Part shown: positions 50,515-61,849 of the stretch, in pieces
How positions within the stretch are numbered: the first letter of the stretch is position 1
How the letters are laid out: every line of letters begins with the position of its first letter
Source of the DNA: Ginglymostoma cirratum
Taxonomy: Eukaryota
Direction: 5' to 3'
DNA: 64,000 nucleotides
Assembly (NCBI GenBank): GCA_024137785.1
Contig: JAHRHZ010000139.1
Location: forward strand, 44,116,861-44,180,860
The notes under the pieces: model-generated
Database searches by the model: none
What the model was told of the DNA's origin: nothing
Seen by the model: only the letters and a program-made list of their open reading frames with translations
Position numbers and translations under genes: made by a program

Positions 50515-50945
50515 TCTGAGGAAGGGTCTCTGGACCTGAAACGTTGTAGCATGGTGGCTCAGTCATTAGCACTGCTGCCTCAAAGCACCAGGGATCTGGG
50601 TTCAACTCTACCCTTGGGTGACCGTCTGTGAAGTTTGCGCATTCTCCCCCGTCTGCGCGGGTTTCCTCCAGGTGCCCTGGTTTCCTCTCACAGTCCAAAG
50701 ATGTGCAGGCTAGGTGATTGGCCGTGCTAAAGTGCCACAGTGTGCTAGGATGTGCAGGTTAGTTGGATTAGCCATGGGAAATGCAGGGTTACAGGGCTGG
50801 GGTGGGTCTTGGTAAGCTGAATGACCTGATTCCACACTGTAAGGATTCCATAACTCTGATTTCTCTCCACAGACACAGCCAGACTTGCAGAGATTTTCCA
50901 GCAATTTCTGTTTTTGTCTCAGATTTCCAGTATCCACTGTTCTTT
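50515..50945 (+). mobile_element. Penelope terminal-repeat unit interrupted by a V-SINE (50546-50850)
   Basis: CTGAGGAAGGGTCTCTGGACCTGAAACGTT | HE1-like SINE | TAACTCTGATTTCTCTCCACAG. The uninterrupted form is at 55921-56040. Confidence 0.85.
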
Positions 50946-53099
50946 CCTTTTTTTAATTTTCCCTTATCAGTTGGTGTAAACTGGGTTATTTAACAAATAA
51001 GTTAGAGACATTATAAAAGTGTGAACCAGTGTGCAGGTGGAAGTAACTGGAGAAGGAAGATTGAAGAGCAGGAACTCTTAACAAGCCAAAATGAGCAACT
51101 CAATAAAACCCTGCGGTCAAGGAAGAGTGAACAGCCTTCTCAATCTTTCCCTCCACTCACAACACCTATTTGATTTTTTGTCCATCTGTATACATGGATA
51201 GGAGGGATTGAATGAGGAGATTAGAATTTAACTGAGTAGAGTTATATGTCAACAGTTTCTAATCACATTATAAACTGAGGAATTTTGTGTGCTTTTTTGA
51301 AATCTAACTTTTGTGATCACTGCAGGAATATTAGGGCCTTGTTTCCAGCATTCTACCTCAGTGAGACATAACATGCCCAATTGTGGACTGTTTTCCATCT
51401 GGAATGTGAGACAGCCAGGTATTACCTGGAGATGAAAGTGGATGGCACATCTATCGCATTTGGCTGAGGTGAGAAGTTGTCCCAAGCGAGTGAATAGGCG
51501 GTGCGGAAGGCATGTAGTTATGGATGAAAGCAAGTGAGGGAAGATGTTGTACTCGGTTGTGGTAGTGCACTTTAAAACAAACATTCTTCCTTTTATTAAT
51601 GGCTGCATATAGAGATAAAAACACTCTTACAAATAAACTCTGTAGAATGGAAATGGTAAGTGCTGCATAACTGCAATAAATACTTGAGCCTGGCAGGTTT
51701 ATAGGAGTTCTTTATGTAATCAGGGACAGGCTGGTTACAGGACATCTGAAAAGAGCACGAGTCTTGGCAAAATTATGCTCTCTCAACCACCAAGGGTGCT
51801 GTCAACTAAAGTGATTCTGATAACAATATTTCATACACAAGGAACTGAATCCTGTATTACCCTTACATGGATCACTTCATTCTGTTTACAACTGTTGGAG
51901 ACCGCAATTTCTGCAAAAACTAATCAATGATTTAGCCAGCTCTATAAATTTAAATGAACGTATCCCCTACCAATTTCATTAATAGAAAATGTTACCTATT
52001 TCTCTCACATTGAGATATCTGTGATAACTTCATCAAGAATTGCAAAACACAATCAAGTAAAGTCAATGCATGGCAGAATTTACCTCACATTCAAGACGGA
52101 ACCATTCACTTTACTGTCTTTGGGCTAGGAAGAGAAAAGCTGGTGAGATCTCTGCTTCTGGTGCTGTCGGTAACACCTGCTTCAATGAGTGAAGGATCAA
52201 GTTAGGATGCCACACTCCCAACACCCCCATTGCAAGAAGCCTGTCAATATGCAGTTCTTTAGATTTTAGCAGATTAATACAGAGGGAGGAAAATCAGAGG
52301 TCAAAACAGAACTCTCAGATCAGTGAATGATTCTGCATTTATTAATTTAATGTAATGAATACAGAATGCTTATTTTAAAAAAAGTCAGACACCATGAGCT
52401 TGCAACTTTCCAAGCTGTGCCGTAAGCATTGCTTCAAGCTAGGAGCGCCCACTACAAAATTATTCTAAAAAGCACCCTGTTTTTCTATTTAATCAGGATA
52501 TGTTCCTTTTACACAAATGCTTGGTTGCATACTTTTGTAATCTTTTATTTATTTCAGTTTTATTTGTACAGTCAATAATTTCTGGTTCAGATACATATTC
52601 GCTACTCAGTCCGTAAAATACATCAGATGTCTCTTGTCCATCACGGGTCAACAATCTGATGCTGGCACTGTCAATGCATACAATTCTTTTCAAGGTAATG
52701 AAAACAGGTTCCAATAATACTTTTGAACGTTTGTGCTTCTACAGTGCTCTGTCCAAACTTTTTTCTCAGCTAAGAGCTTCAAAGTGCTCTTCATTCCCTA
52801 CTATTAGCCAATGTCTCAAGGAATGCTAATTTGGTTTCCATTTATTTAAAGAAAATCAACCTAAATTGCTATTTACTGCACTAGGATAATCACTGAACAT
52901 TACCCAGATAACGTACTCATCAGAAGGTGCTGGTCTCTGGTAGATTCCAAAGTGCATACAGTCCAAATGATGTTTCTGTCAGTCCTGCTTTAAATAGGCA
53001 TCCTCAAGTACAAAATAACATACATTGGACTTTAAATTACATCACTGGTGAAATAATGACTCACCCCAATGAGTACCAGCAATATTATTATATAGTCTA

Positions 53100-53560
53100 A
53101 ACAGACCATCAGCCCAGCAAGTCTGCTCCTCCTTTGAATGATACCATGGTTAATCTGATAATTTTCAACTCCACTTTGCTACCTTTTTCCTGTAATCCTT
53201 GATTCCCTTACTGATTAGGAGTATATCCATCTTGGCCTTTAATACACTGAATGACCCATTGCTGTCAGCCCTCTAGTATAAAGAGCTTCACAGATTCAAA
53301 ATGCTCAAAGAAGAAACGCCTCTTATCTCTGTCTTAAATGTGCAACTCCAAACTCTGAGATTGTGTCCTCTGGTCCTAGATTCTTCCACAAGGGGAAACA
53401 ACTTCTCAGCATCTACCTGTCAAGTCCTCTTAAGAATCTTCTATGTTTTGATAAGGTTGCCTCCTATTCTTCTAAATTCTACTGAGTACAGGCCCAACAT
53501 CTCCTCATTAGACAGTCCCTCCGGAACTGATACCAGTCTAGTGAACCTTCTTGGGACTGC
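53100..53560 (-). mobile_element. CR1 3' fragment
   Basis: CTAGTGAACCTTCT, TCCTCTGGTCCTAGA..CCACAAGGGGAAAC; CR1 3' UTR. Confidence 0.7.
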
Positions 53561-55499
53561 TTAAAGTATCCACTATAGAGTTATTTCTTCCATGATGTGG
53601 AAACAATAGCCTTTTAGGCCAGCAAAGGTTTTGAGCTTATTTGTAGGATTTTGTTCATTTCAATTAAATTTGTACCTACTCAATTCTGATTATAACTGCC
53701 CAATTCTATATTAGCACATCTCACATGATATTTCTGACTGTGCATGGAATCCTCCTGGTCCTGTAGGATTTGTTTTTGGTCAAACTGAGAGCAAGTTCAG
53801 AGATAAGGACGCGGGAACCAGATACCTTGCCAGAGGCGGACAAGAATTGATAGCAGCTATCTTCCTGACAGAGATGGGTAGCCAATACGACCAATGAATT
53901 AACTAAAAAAGAGAAGTTGGGAGGATGCTACTGGGCCAGATTCCCACTGACTGTGAAGTCTGGTGGCTCTGTGAAGACAGTCTCCTGAAGACTGGCCAGT
54001 TGGCTGGACGCAGGAGGGACAATGCAAATTACAGAGCCACAGAATGAAACACCCCCTGTCTAAATGAAATCTTGAGTAGGGTTCATTTTCCTCTCCTACA
54101 ATGGCCGTACCAGATCTGGTCCTCTTTATTTCTGCAATTTTATTCATGCTCACTCCATTCTTCTTTCTGTCTGACCAGGTCATCTCTGCAAAAGGAGTGG
54201 CTAATAATCCACAACTGTGGACCTCGAGTTTGGGCCTTCAAATTCACAAATCCACAAATCCACACTGCCTTTATTGGATGGTGAAGCCAATAATCTCCTG
54301 AAAGATCACACCAGAGCTTGTACTCAGGGATCGAGAGTTGGAAATTGCTCCCACTCCTGCAAATAAACTGTCCAAGGATTATGTCCAATAGTCAAGATAT
54401 TAATCTCAGGGTAGTTGTAACTTGGGGAAAGCTGAAAATTGTTTACCTCCTTATGATTTTCAATTCCATTAATGTCAACAGGGATGAAACTGGTGGACAT
54501 ACATAATGTGAGACTGAATCAATATGATCTGTTTTATCACTCACTGTCAGTGAAAATCAAAATTACTTGCACACTGTTTTATAATAGCATTGGTTTAAGA
54601 AATAACATTAGAGACACTTAGTTGCAAGGTCTCACATTCCACTTAAGTGTTAGACTGGAAATTTTTGCTCGTGTTTTGAGGACTGATTTTATGATTCTGT
54701 CCATTATTTTTTGTAAATCAAGTAAAAGTGCCTTGATACATCTGTTCAGCACAAATATTACATGTGACTTTTATACTTTTTAAATCAAAGGACCTGAAGA
54801 CAGCCAACATTTAATCACAGACATTGCAAAAATTATTGCTGTCATGGAGGTGGCAATGGTAGGAAACAACTTTTACTTATTCCTTTTACCTGCAGTTGAC
54901 GCCATCCAAATCAGTAGGGATTGAGTGTCTTTGAGAATTGGTGCTGCATTCCCACAAGCAGAAAATAGATACCTGACCGACAGAGGCACCGGAATTTAGT
55001 TGCTTCTCACAATTCCGAGAGGGTTACTGATGTTCAAATCAGGTAAAGACAATGTTACCATAGAGGCCATTCCTCAGTTACTTGATTGATTACTATCAGG
55101 TTTGTTCCTAATGGGTTTTTAACAGGTCCTTTGGAAAAACCTTTACTTTTCATGAGCAGATGCAAGTCCAACAGGTCCCATCAGAGATGTTTTGGACCCT
55201 GTTCCCAACAAAGGCGTGAAGCAAGGTTCCAAAGCTCTTTTCAAATTTAAGTTATTTTTCTAATCAACTGCTCGGAGATGTTGCTACACATTACCTCTGG
55301 AGCAGGTGGGACTTGAACCCAGGGTTCTTGGTCCAGGGTAGAAATGCTACATTTGCGTCGCAACAGAGTGCCAAGTTTAACAGGGAAAATTGAAGAAATA
55401 GCCTCTTTCATTGATCCAAAACTAAGTGGGAATATATAGGGGTATCTAAATTCAGCAGACTGAAACAGCATTGTTCATTCCACTGGTTTCTGGGTCAAA

Positions 55500-55900
55500 G
55501 TGATGCCCCACAATGACAGGCTGAGTAATTTGAGTCTACACTTTCCTGGGCCAAGAAGAATGAGAGGTAACCCCGCTGAAAGATAAAAAATAAGATTCTG
55601 AAAGGGATGTACAAAACAGACAGCAAGTGGCTGCTGTCCCCGGCTGTGGAATCCAGAACACGATGGATGGTCCCAGGATAAGGAGCTAATCATCGATGAT
55701 GTTTCGGAGGAAAGTCTTCCTCACCCAAAGGATTATGAGTGCTTGGAATTTCCACCCCAGGGAGTTGCGGACGCTCTTTTGTTGCTTACATTTAAAGCTG
55801 AAACAGAAAGATTTTTGGTCTCTCAAATAAATCATGGTTATGTGCAGAGGATGTGTCAATGGATTTGGAGTCATGATCATCTTGAATGGTGGAGCAGGCT
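55500..55900 (+). mobile_element. CR1 3' fragment
   Basis: Degenerate RLSNLSL, FLTQRIMSAWN, AGTCATGATCATCTTGAATGGTGGAGCAGGCT. Confidence 0.6.
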
Positions 55901-55914
55901 TCAGGTTTGCAGTA

Positions 55915-56040
55915 AAGTTCTCAAGAAGGGTCACTGGACCTGAAACATTAACTCTGATTTCTCTCCACAGATGCCACCAGATCTGCTGAGAATTTCTAGC
56001 AATTTCTGTTTTTGTTTCAGATTTCCAGCATCTGCAATTC
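55915..56040 (+). mobile_element. Penelope terminal-repeat unit
   Basis: AAGAAGGGTCACTGGACCTGAAACATTAACTCTGATTTCTCTCCACAGATGC. Confidence 0.75.
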
Positions 56041-56353
56041 ATAGATCATAGAATCCCTACAGTGTGGAAGCAGGCAATGCAAGCCATCAAATCCAAGCTG
56101 ACACTCTGAAGAGCAACCCACCCAAACCCTCCCCCTACCCTACCCCTGAATTTCCCTGGGCACGATGGGTAATTTAGCATGGTCAATCCACCTAACCTGC
56201 ACAACTTTGAACTGTGGGAGGGAACCAGAGCACCTGGAGAAAACCCACGCAGACACAGGGAGAACATGCAAATATGTCACTGGAGGGTGGAATCGAACAC
56301 AGGTCCCTGGCGCAGTGAGGCAGCAGTGCTAACCACTGCGCCACTGTGCTGCC
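56041..56353 (-). mobile_element. V-SINE (HE1-like)
   Basis: Minus strand GGCAGCACAGTGGCGCAGTGGTTAGCACTGCTGCC, B-box GTTCGATTCC, V-domain and CR1-type tail. Confidence 0.88.
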
Positions 56354-57294
56354 TTTTTTTTTGCTGTAAGGCTGGCTGCTGTTCCGATTTCTTATCGTTT
56401 TATATTTATTGCCAGTTTGCACCACATTGGTATTTCACCAGAGTGAGAGTGAAATAGCCATTTACTTTCCGTCCTCATGCAATTCCTGGATTCTGTATTT
56501 ATCAGTTCAGCTTTAGGAGTCATGCCCTTGGTGCTCCTGAGCTTTGGGAAACAGTCCAATCCAAAATTGCAACTACGAACCCCAAACTTAACACTGCTAC
56601 AATAGCGCTGCTATTTAGATTAGAGTTGGGTGAGGAAGTCATAATTACAACAAAACTGCAGGTGAAAAAAGGTGTCTAGTAGAAATCTTGGGGTGGTGAG
56701 CTCAATTGAATTTCTTCCTAAGGGGTGGAATTTTTGTGCCTGTTTGAATCATGTCTGCCTGGAGGCAGGCAACTATACAATATGGTGCTTAACCCTGCAG
56801 GTACCGGGCTGCTGCTTTCTATTCCTGACCATGCTGAATTTTGCAAGGGCAGGGGACAGCAGGGAATTGTAAATGCACGCATTGTTAATTAAACACATTT
56901 GAGGAGCTCAGTAAGAGTTCACCTTCTAACAGCTGAGACTTTTTTTAAGGTGGTGGATGTCTACCAGTAATGTGTAAAACTTATCAGGTCAAGTCTGTTT
57001 GGGACAGGGTCTACAACATTGAAAAAGTTGTGAGATTTTGATAAAAATCCTTCACACAGCAATAACTCTAACATCTTTCCACCCGACCCCAGGTTCCAGT
57101 TTTCCATCTGCCCTGGCCAATGAAGATCAAGATTTCTGTAGTTGTTTTTTAATCTTGTTTCGGGCCAGAATGTGGCCCATTTTCCTGGTATCACACCTCC
57201 ATTCCCATTCCCACCATCCTTCTGGCCATGAATTGCTCAACAATTAACACCCACTCCCCTATATCATCTCCAATCAGACATGACAAAAGTGCTT

Positions 57295-57529
57295 GAGATA
57301 ACACAGTGTAGAGCTGGATGAACACAGCAGGCCAAGCAGCATCAGAGGAGCAGGAAGGCTGACGTTTTGGGCCTAGACCCTTCTTCAGAAAAAAAAAAAA
57401 TTCTGAACAAGTGTCTAAGCCCGAAACGTCAGCCTTCCTGCTCCTCTGATGCTGCTTGGCCTGCTGTGTTCATCCAGCTCTACACCTTGTTATCTCAGAT
57501 TCTTCAGCATCTGCAATTCCTACTATCTC
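57295..57529. mobile_element. Palindromic double-hammerhead Penelope-derived insert
   Basis: Arms of about 95 bp (57295-57390 and 57401-57496) around an A-tract. 14-bp TSD TGAC(A/G)AAAGTGCTT at 57281-57294 and 57530-57543. Confidence 0.88.
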
Positions 57530-58630
57530 TGACGAAAGTGCTTACCAGTTCCTAGTTCAGTCAGGGGCAGGTTTGTGATACAGGAATAAATAAACAAAGA
57601 TATGAGTTCAGAACAAACTATTTGACCCATCAACCCCACTCTGCCATTCATTAAACAAGGAGACCAAAATAGTACACCGTATTCCACGCAGATGTGGTCT
57701 CACCGGTGTCCTGCATAACAGAGGCATAACCTCTTCTGTATACAATTCTCCTCACAATAAATGATAAATTTCCATTCATTTTCCAAACTAGCTGCAGTAC
57801 CTGTAACCTAACCTTCTGTCATTCTAGGACTAGGGCATCCAGATCTCTCTGTATCTCAAAGCTCTGCAATCTCTCACATTTAATTATACCTCTCTCCATA
57901 GGTGCTGCCAGACCTGCCGAGTTTCTCCAACACTTGAACAACATGAGCATTGACAGTCAGTTGGGAGAATCGGCAAAAATCAGAAGAAATTAGATCCTCC
58001 ACAACAAAAAAATCTGATTCTTCAACCAAATTCTGGACAGTCAGACAAGAATCTCACTGGAGAGTGGTGAAAAGCCTCTTTGCACACCATTAGTACCACT
58101 GTGCCTCATTGATATGCATTTTCCTATTCGCCCACAAGCCAGTTAGAAACTAAACAGCAACAATTCCTGACGTGGAAGCCCCAGCAGTTAATTGGCGGAT
58201 CCAGTTGGCTATTGCTTGTCCAGGCATCCATCATGGGCACCAATCTCCACAGGCAGTGACTTTCCAACTGTTCAGCTCTTTGACAGTCATTGGCATCAGA
58301 TGCGTACCAGCCTTATCTCATGGCACATCTCTGACCCATTTACAATAGATTCTGCACTTGAAAGCACACTGCAAGACACAATCACCCTGGCTTCGATGGA
58401 GGAGGGAGTGGTGGAGCACAGAAGGATAGTTGACATGACTAAGATGTGGGGTCTGAGGCTTAAGGGCAAATGTTGGGAGATGAAGGATGTAAATGAAAGG
58501 TGTTTGTGGGGAACATGTGACAGCTCAGTGCTGATGGAGTCAACAGGGAGTGAAAGCAAGAAAAGAAACAAACATTGGTGATTTGGAGTGTTCCTTTGAT
58601 TATCAGGTTGAGCTGCAACCTCCATCATCC

Positions 58631-58723
58631 AGGAAGAAGGTTCCAGATCCGAAACATCAGCTTTCCTGCTCCTCTGATGCTGCTTGGCCGACTGTGTTCA
58701 TCCAGCTCTACACCTTGTTATCT
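58631..58723 (+). mobile_element. Short Penelope terminal-repeat unit, hammerhead degenerate
   Basis: GAAGAAGGTTCCAGATCCGAAACATCAGC...GTTATCT. Confidence 0.75.
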
Positions 58724-59308
58724 ATGACCTACAGCGTTCAAGCTTTCCTTTCTGGGCCATGTCTTCAGTAATAATGGTCAAGCACTACTCCATGAGGGAC
58801 AGTTCCTACCTTGGAACAGTGTGCAACTGGACTATAAGTCTGACAGCAGTGGCGTGAACACCACAATGATATGGTTGTGGTGAATGCTTCTGCCTCTCCT
58901 GGATTGCAATTCCATGTGAAAGACACCAAACAGCCCAGTTGCACAGTTAATTGATTGCAGACCAAAAGATTGTGCAAAAAGCACTGTGAGTCATGTTAGA
59001 CTGAGCAACCATGAATCTCACTCATCAACAGCAACTGAAAATGAGAAAAATTCAACACTCATTAACTTGTGATACGTCTAGTACTGAAATCATGGAGTCT
59101 AATACATTTGTTGCATGGGCAACTTGTATTTTTAATTGTAACATTTATCTTTTTATACACCCCTTTGATTATTTTTCTCTCCATATCAGGTCTGTTCCTA
59201 CTTAAATGTTTTCTTTAAACACACAGTTTAATTCATACTCCATTAATTTCTTAATCTTCAAATTCTCCAAAGCCCCACAGCTCTTTAAAACATGTAAACT
59301 TTGACAGA

Positions 59309-59445
59309 GATAACTAGCGTGGGGCTGGATGAACACAGCAGGTCAAGCAGCATCCTGCTCCTATGATGCTGCTTGACCTGCTGTGTTCATCCAGCCCCAT
59401 GCTTGTTATCTCGGATTCTCCAGCATCTGCAGTACCTTTTATCTC
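59309..59445. mobile_element. Palindromic Penelope-derived insert lacking the hammerheads
   Basis: Inverted arms ~59307-59354 and 59365-59412. Perfect 14-bp TSD TAAACTTTGACAGA at 59295-59308 and 59446-59459. Confidence 0.88.
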
Positions 59446-59689
59446 TAAACTTTGACAGAATTTGGTTTGGTAGCAGGAGGGAAAAAGGAAGTCAATGAGA
59501 AGTAGGAATTGAAGAAAGGTAATGGAGAACAGGTGATGAAATAGACAGGATGAGTGAAGCAAAAGAACTCAAAAGCGGGACGCAAGATGATAGGCCTGTT
59601 AAAATAAATGAATGCGGAAATGAAATGATGCAATTATTAAAAAAGCAAAATCGGACCACAGGCCTCTAAAATTGAAAGATACCCTGTTG

Positions 59690-60020
59690 TGGGTGATGTT
59701 CACTTCCTTGAGTATTGATGGAGTTACAGTCATCTGGGGAATTGGAGAGAATTCCATCACGCTTCTGACTTACGCCTTCTTGATGGTAGACAGACTTCTG
59801 TGACACTTTACAAGCTGCAAAGCATCCAGTCTCTGATATGCCCTTGTAACCATGATATTTACATGGTCAGTCCAGTTTCATTACTAGTCAAGAGTAACCC
59901 ACAGAATGTTATTTGGGTGGATCCAGCGATAGCAATATAGTTGAAAGACAAGGAGAAATGGTTGGACACCTCTTGCTGGAGATGGGCACTATTTTTCACT
60001 TAAGGTGGCACAAATATGAA
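59690..60020 (-). mobile_element. Fragment of the 27330-type LINE
   Basis: Reverse-complement similarity to 27330-27600 (TTGCTGGAGATGG, GAGAATTCCATCACGCTTCTGACT). Confidence 0.5.
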
Positions 60021-61335
60021 CTTCTCAAGATGAATATTTTTATCCATTGCAGTTAAGGTGCATAAAATTGACAAAATAAACACCAAAAGTTCAGTGCGAG
60101 GATGATATTCAAGCTACGAGATGTGCCAATTCTGTTTATGAAATTGTAGTTGAAGTGAAAGAGGTGGCCTCATTCTGCAAAAACCTCACTTGTGAAGTAG
60201 CAGAGACAAGTCTTCTCCGTTAAAATGTCCAAGCCCAAACGCACACACTGGCTGCATCTTTGAAAGTGGATCTTAAGATAAAGACACGCACAAAAACAAG
60301 AGGAAAGTACCAAATGCATTTCCTGAATCTAGGCTTTTACTGTAACTGTCCAAATCCAGAAAAACTTGGTAAGCCTCTCTAATACCTCAGCCTACTGAGC
60401 ACATTTATATGGGTGATGTGCTCAGGAAGCGTATTCCACGCAATCCAGTCAGTATGTGCAACTGCAGTGATTTTCATTCTAACTTGCGGGATTTTCATAT
60501 TGAAATGAAGCTTTTACAAGGCTGCCTGAGAGTATTTCAGATTTGCCAGGTGATCAAACATAAATCATAATAAACAAAGATCTTGTAAATCAGTGCTCTT
60601 TCAGAATTTGGTCTTCTATTGACACCAAAGTGAGATCACTAGAAAGAGTCCCCTTGCCTTTCAAAGACATCAACATATTTTTGCTTCTGAAGCTCCTTTT
60701 TAATTAAAAAGGCTCCAGGTACTGTGGTTGCAAGTACGCTTTAGATATTGCTTTTGATTCTCAACCCAGAATCCTGTCTCCAATCACTGGCTCCATTTTG
60801 GCTTCAGCAGAATAATTAATGGAAAAAGAAAATCAACTTTACATTTTTGACACAAAACTCAAGGCACTTGTTTTATCCAAATAAGGAACATAGTTAAAGC
60901 AATGGTGCAGTGCAAGGGCTGAGAAATGGTGCTGATCTCCAGCAACATTTGGGAGTTAGCACCAGCTAACGCTATATGGAGAGGTGATTACTTAAAAGCT
61001 GATGCACTCAAAAAAGGTGATAGCTGCATCAAAAATTTGGACCTTAAGAATGATTGCCTATAAAAACGGTACTAAACATTGTACCTTCTACGATATTAAT
61101 GTCAAAGGTTTTTATTAATCTCTACTTTTGGCAAGAGAGTCAAAAGGGAGCTGTTCTGAATGTGAACCAAAAATGTTGAGTCAGACAAATTGAGTCAAAG
61201 GAAATTTTGATTTAGTTTTTCTTGATTGGAATAAAAGAGTGAATAGAGGTAAATTTGATCTCAAGATGAACATAAGGCAGAAAAGGTAACATTTTTCATC
61301 AGATTTCTAAGTAAAGGAGCAAAAACCATTGTTGG

Positions 61336-61441
61336 AAAAAACCTTTTCTGAAGAAGGGTCCAGACCCGAAACGTTAGCTTTCCTGCTCCTCTGATGCTGC
61401 TTGGCCTGCTGTGTTCATCCAGCTCTACACCTTGTTATCTC
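61336..61441 (+). mobile_element. Short Penelope terminal-repeat unit with hammerhead
   Basis: CTGAAGAAGGGTCCAGACCCGAAACGTTAGC. 15-bp near-TSD AAAAA(C/G)CATTGTTGG at 61321-61335 and 61442-61456. Confidence 0.85.
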
Positions 61442-61849
61442 AAAAAGCATTGTTGGTTAATTCAAGTCATAATTTTGAAGCTTCAGAAAACTGCACATTT
61501 CACCAAGATGTTGAATATTATTCTGATATTCTGCGAAAATAGCTTAGAGCTGTCTGAATGAGGACAGCTAAGCAGTTGTGTTAATCAAATGCAAGGAATC
61601 TAAAAGTAAAAGGAGGCACAAAGTGCAAAGTACGAACCAATGACGACTTCAATAAAACTTCAGAGAATTAAAAGCAGTCTAAAGAAAAATGCTAAATAAA
61701 CTGCCTCAAGACTTGTTCTAACCAGACAAAAGATGTTAACATTGCTCAGTTTGTCAAATGCTGGGAGTGGGGGTGGCATAAAACTCAGAAGCAAGTGCGA
61801 TGCCTCAGTCAGTGATGTTTGAACCCAGTCACTGAATCTGCATCTGACT

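Noticed and set aside
4836-56353. tRNA genes suggested by A/B boxes
   Set aside because: All are SINE heads continuing into SINE bodies; no complete cloverleaf seen.
9521-61441. Recurrent ~100-bp repeats as a CRISPR-like array
   Set aside because: They are dispersed in both orientations with TSDs and no regular spacers, in a eukaryotic context.
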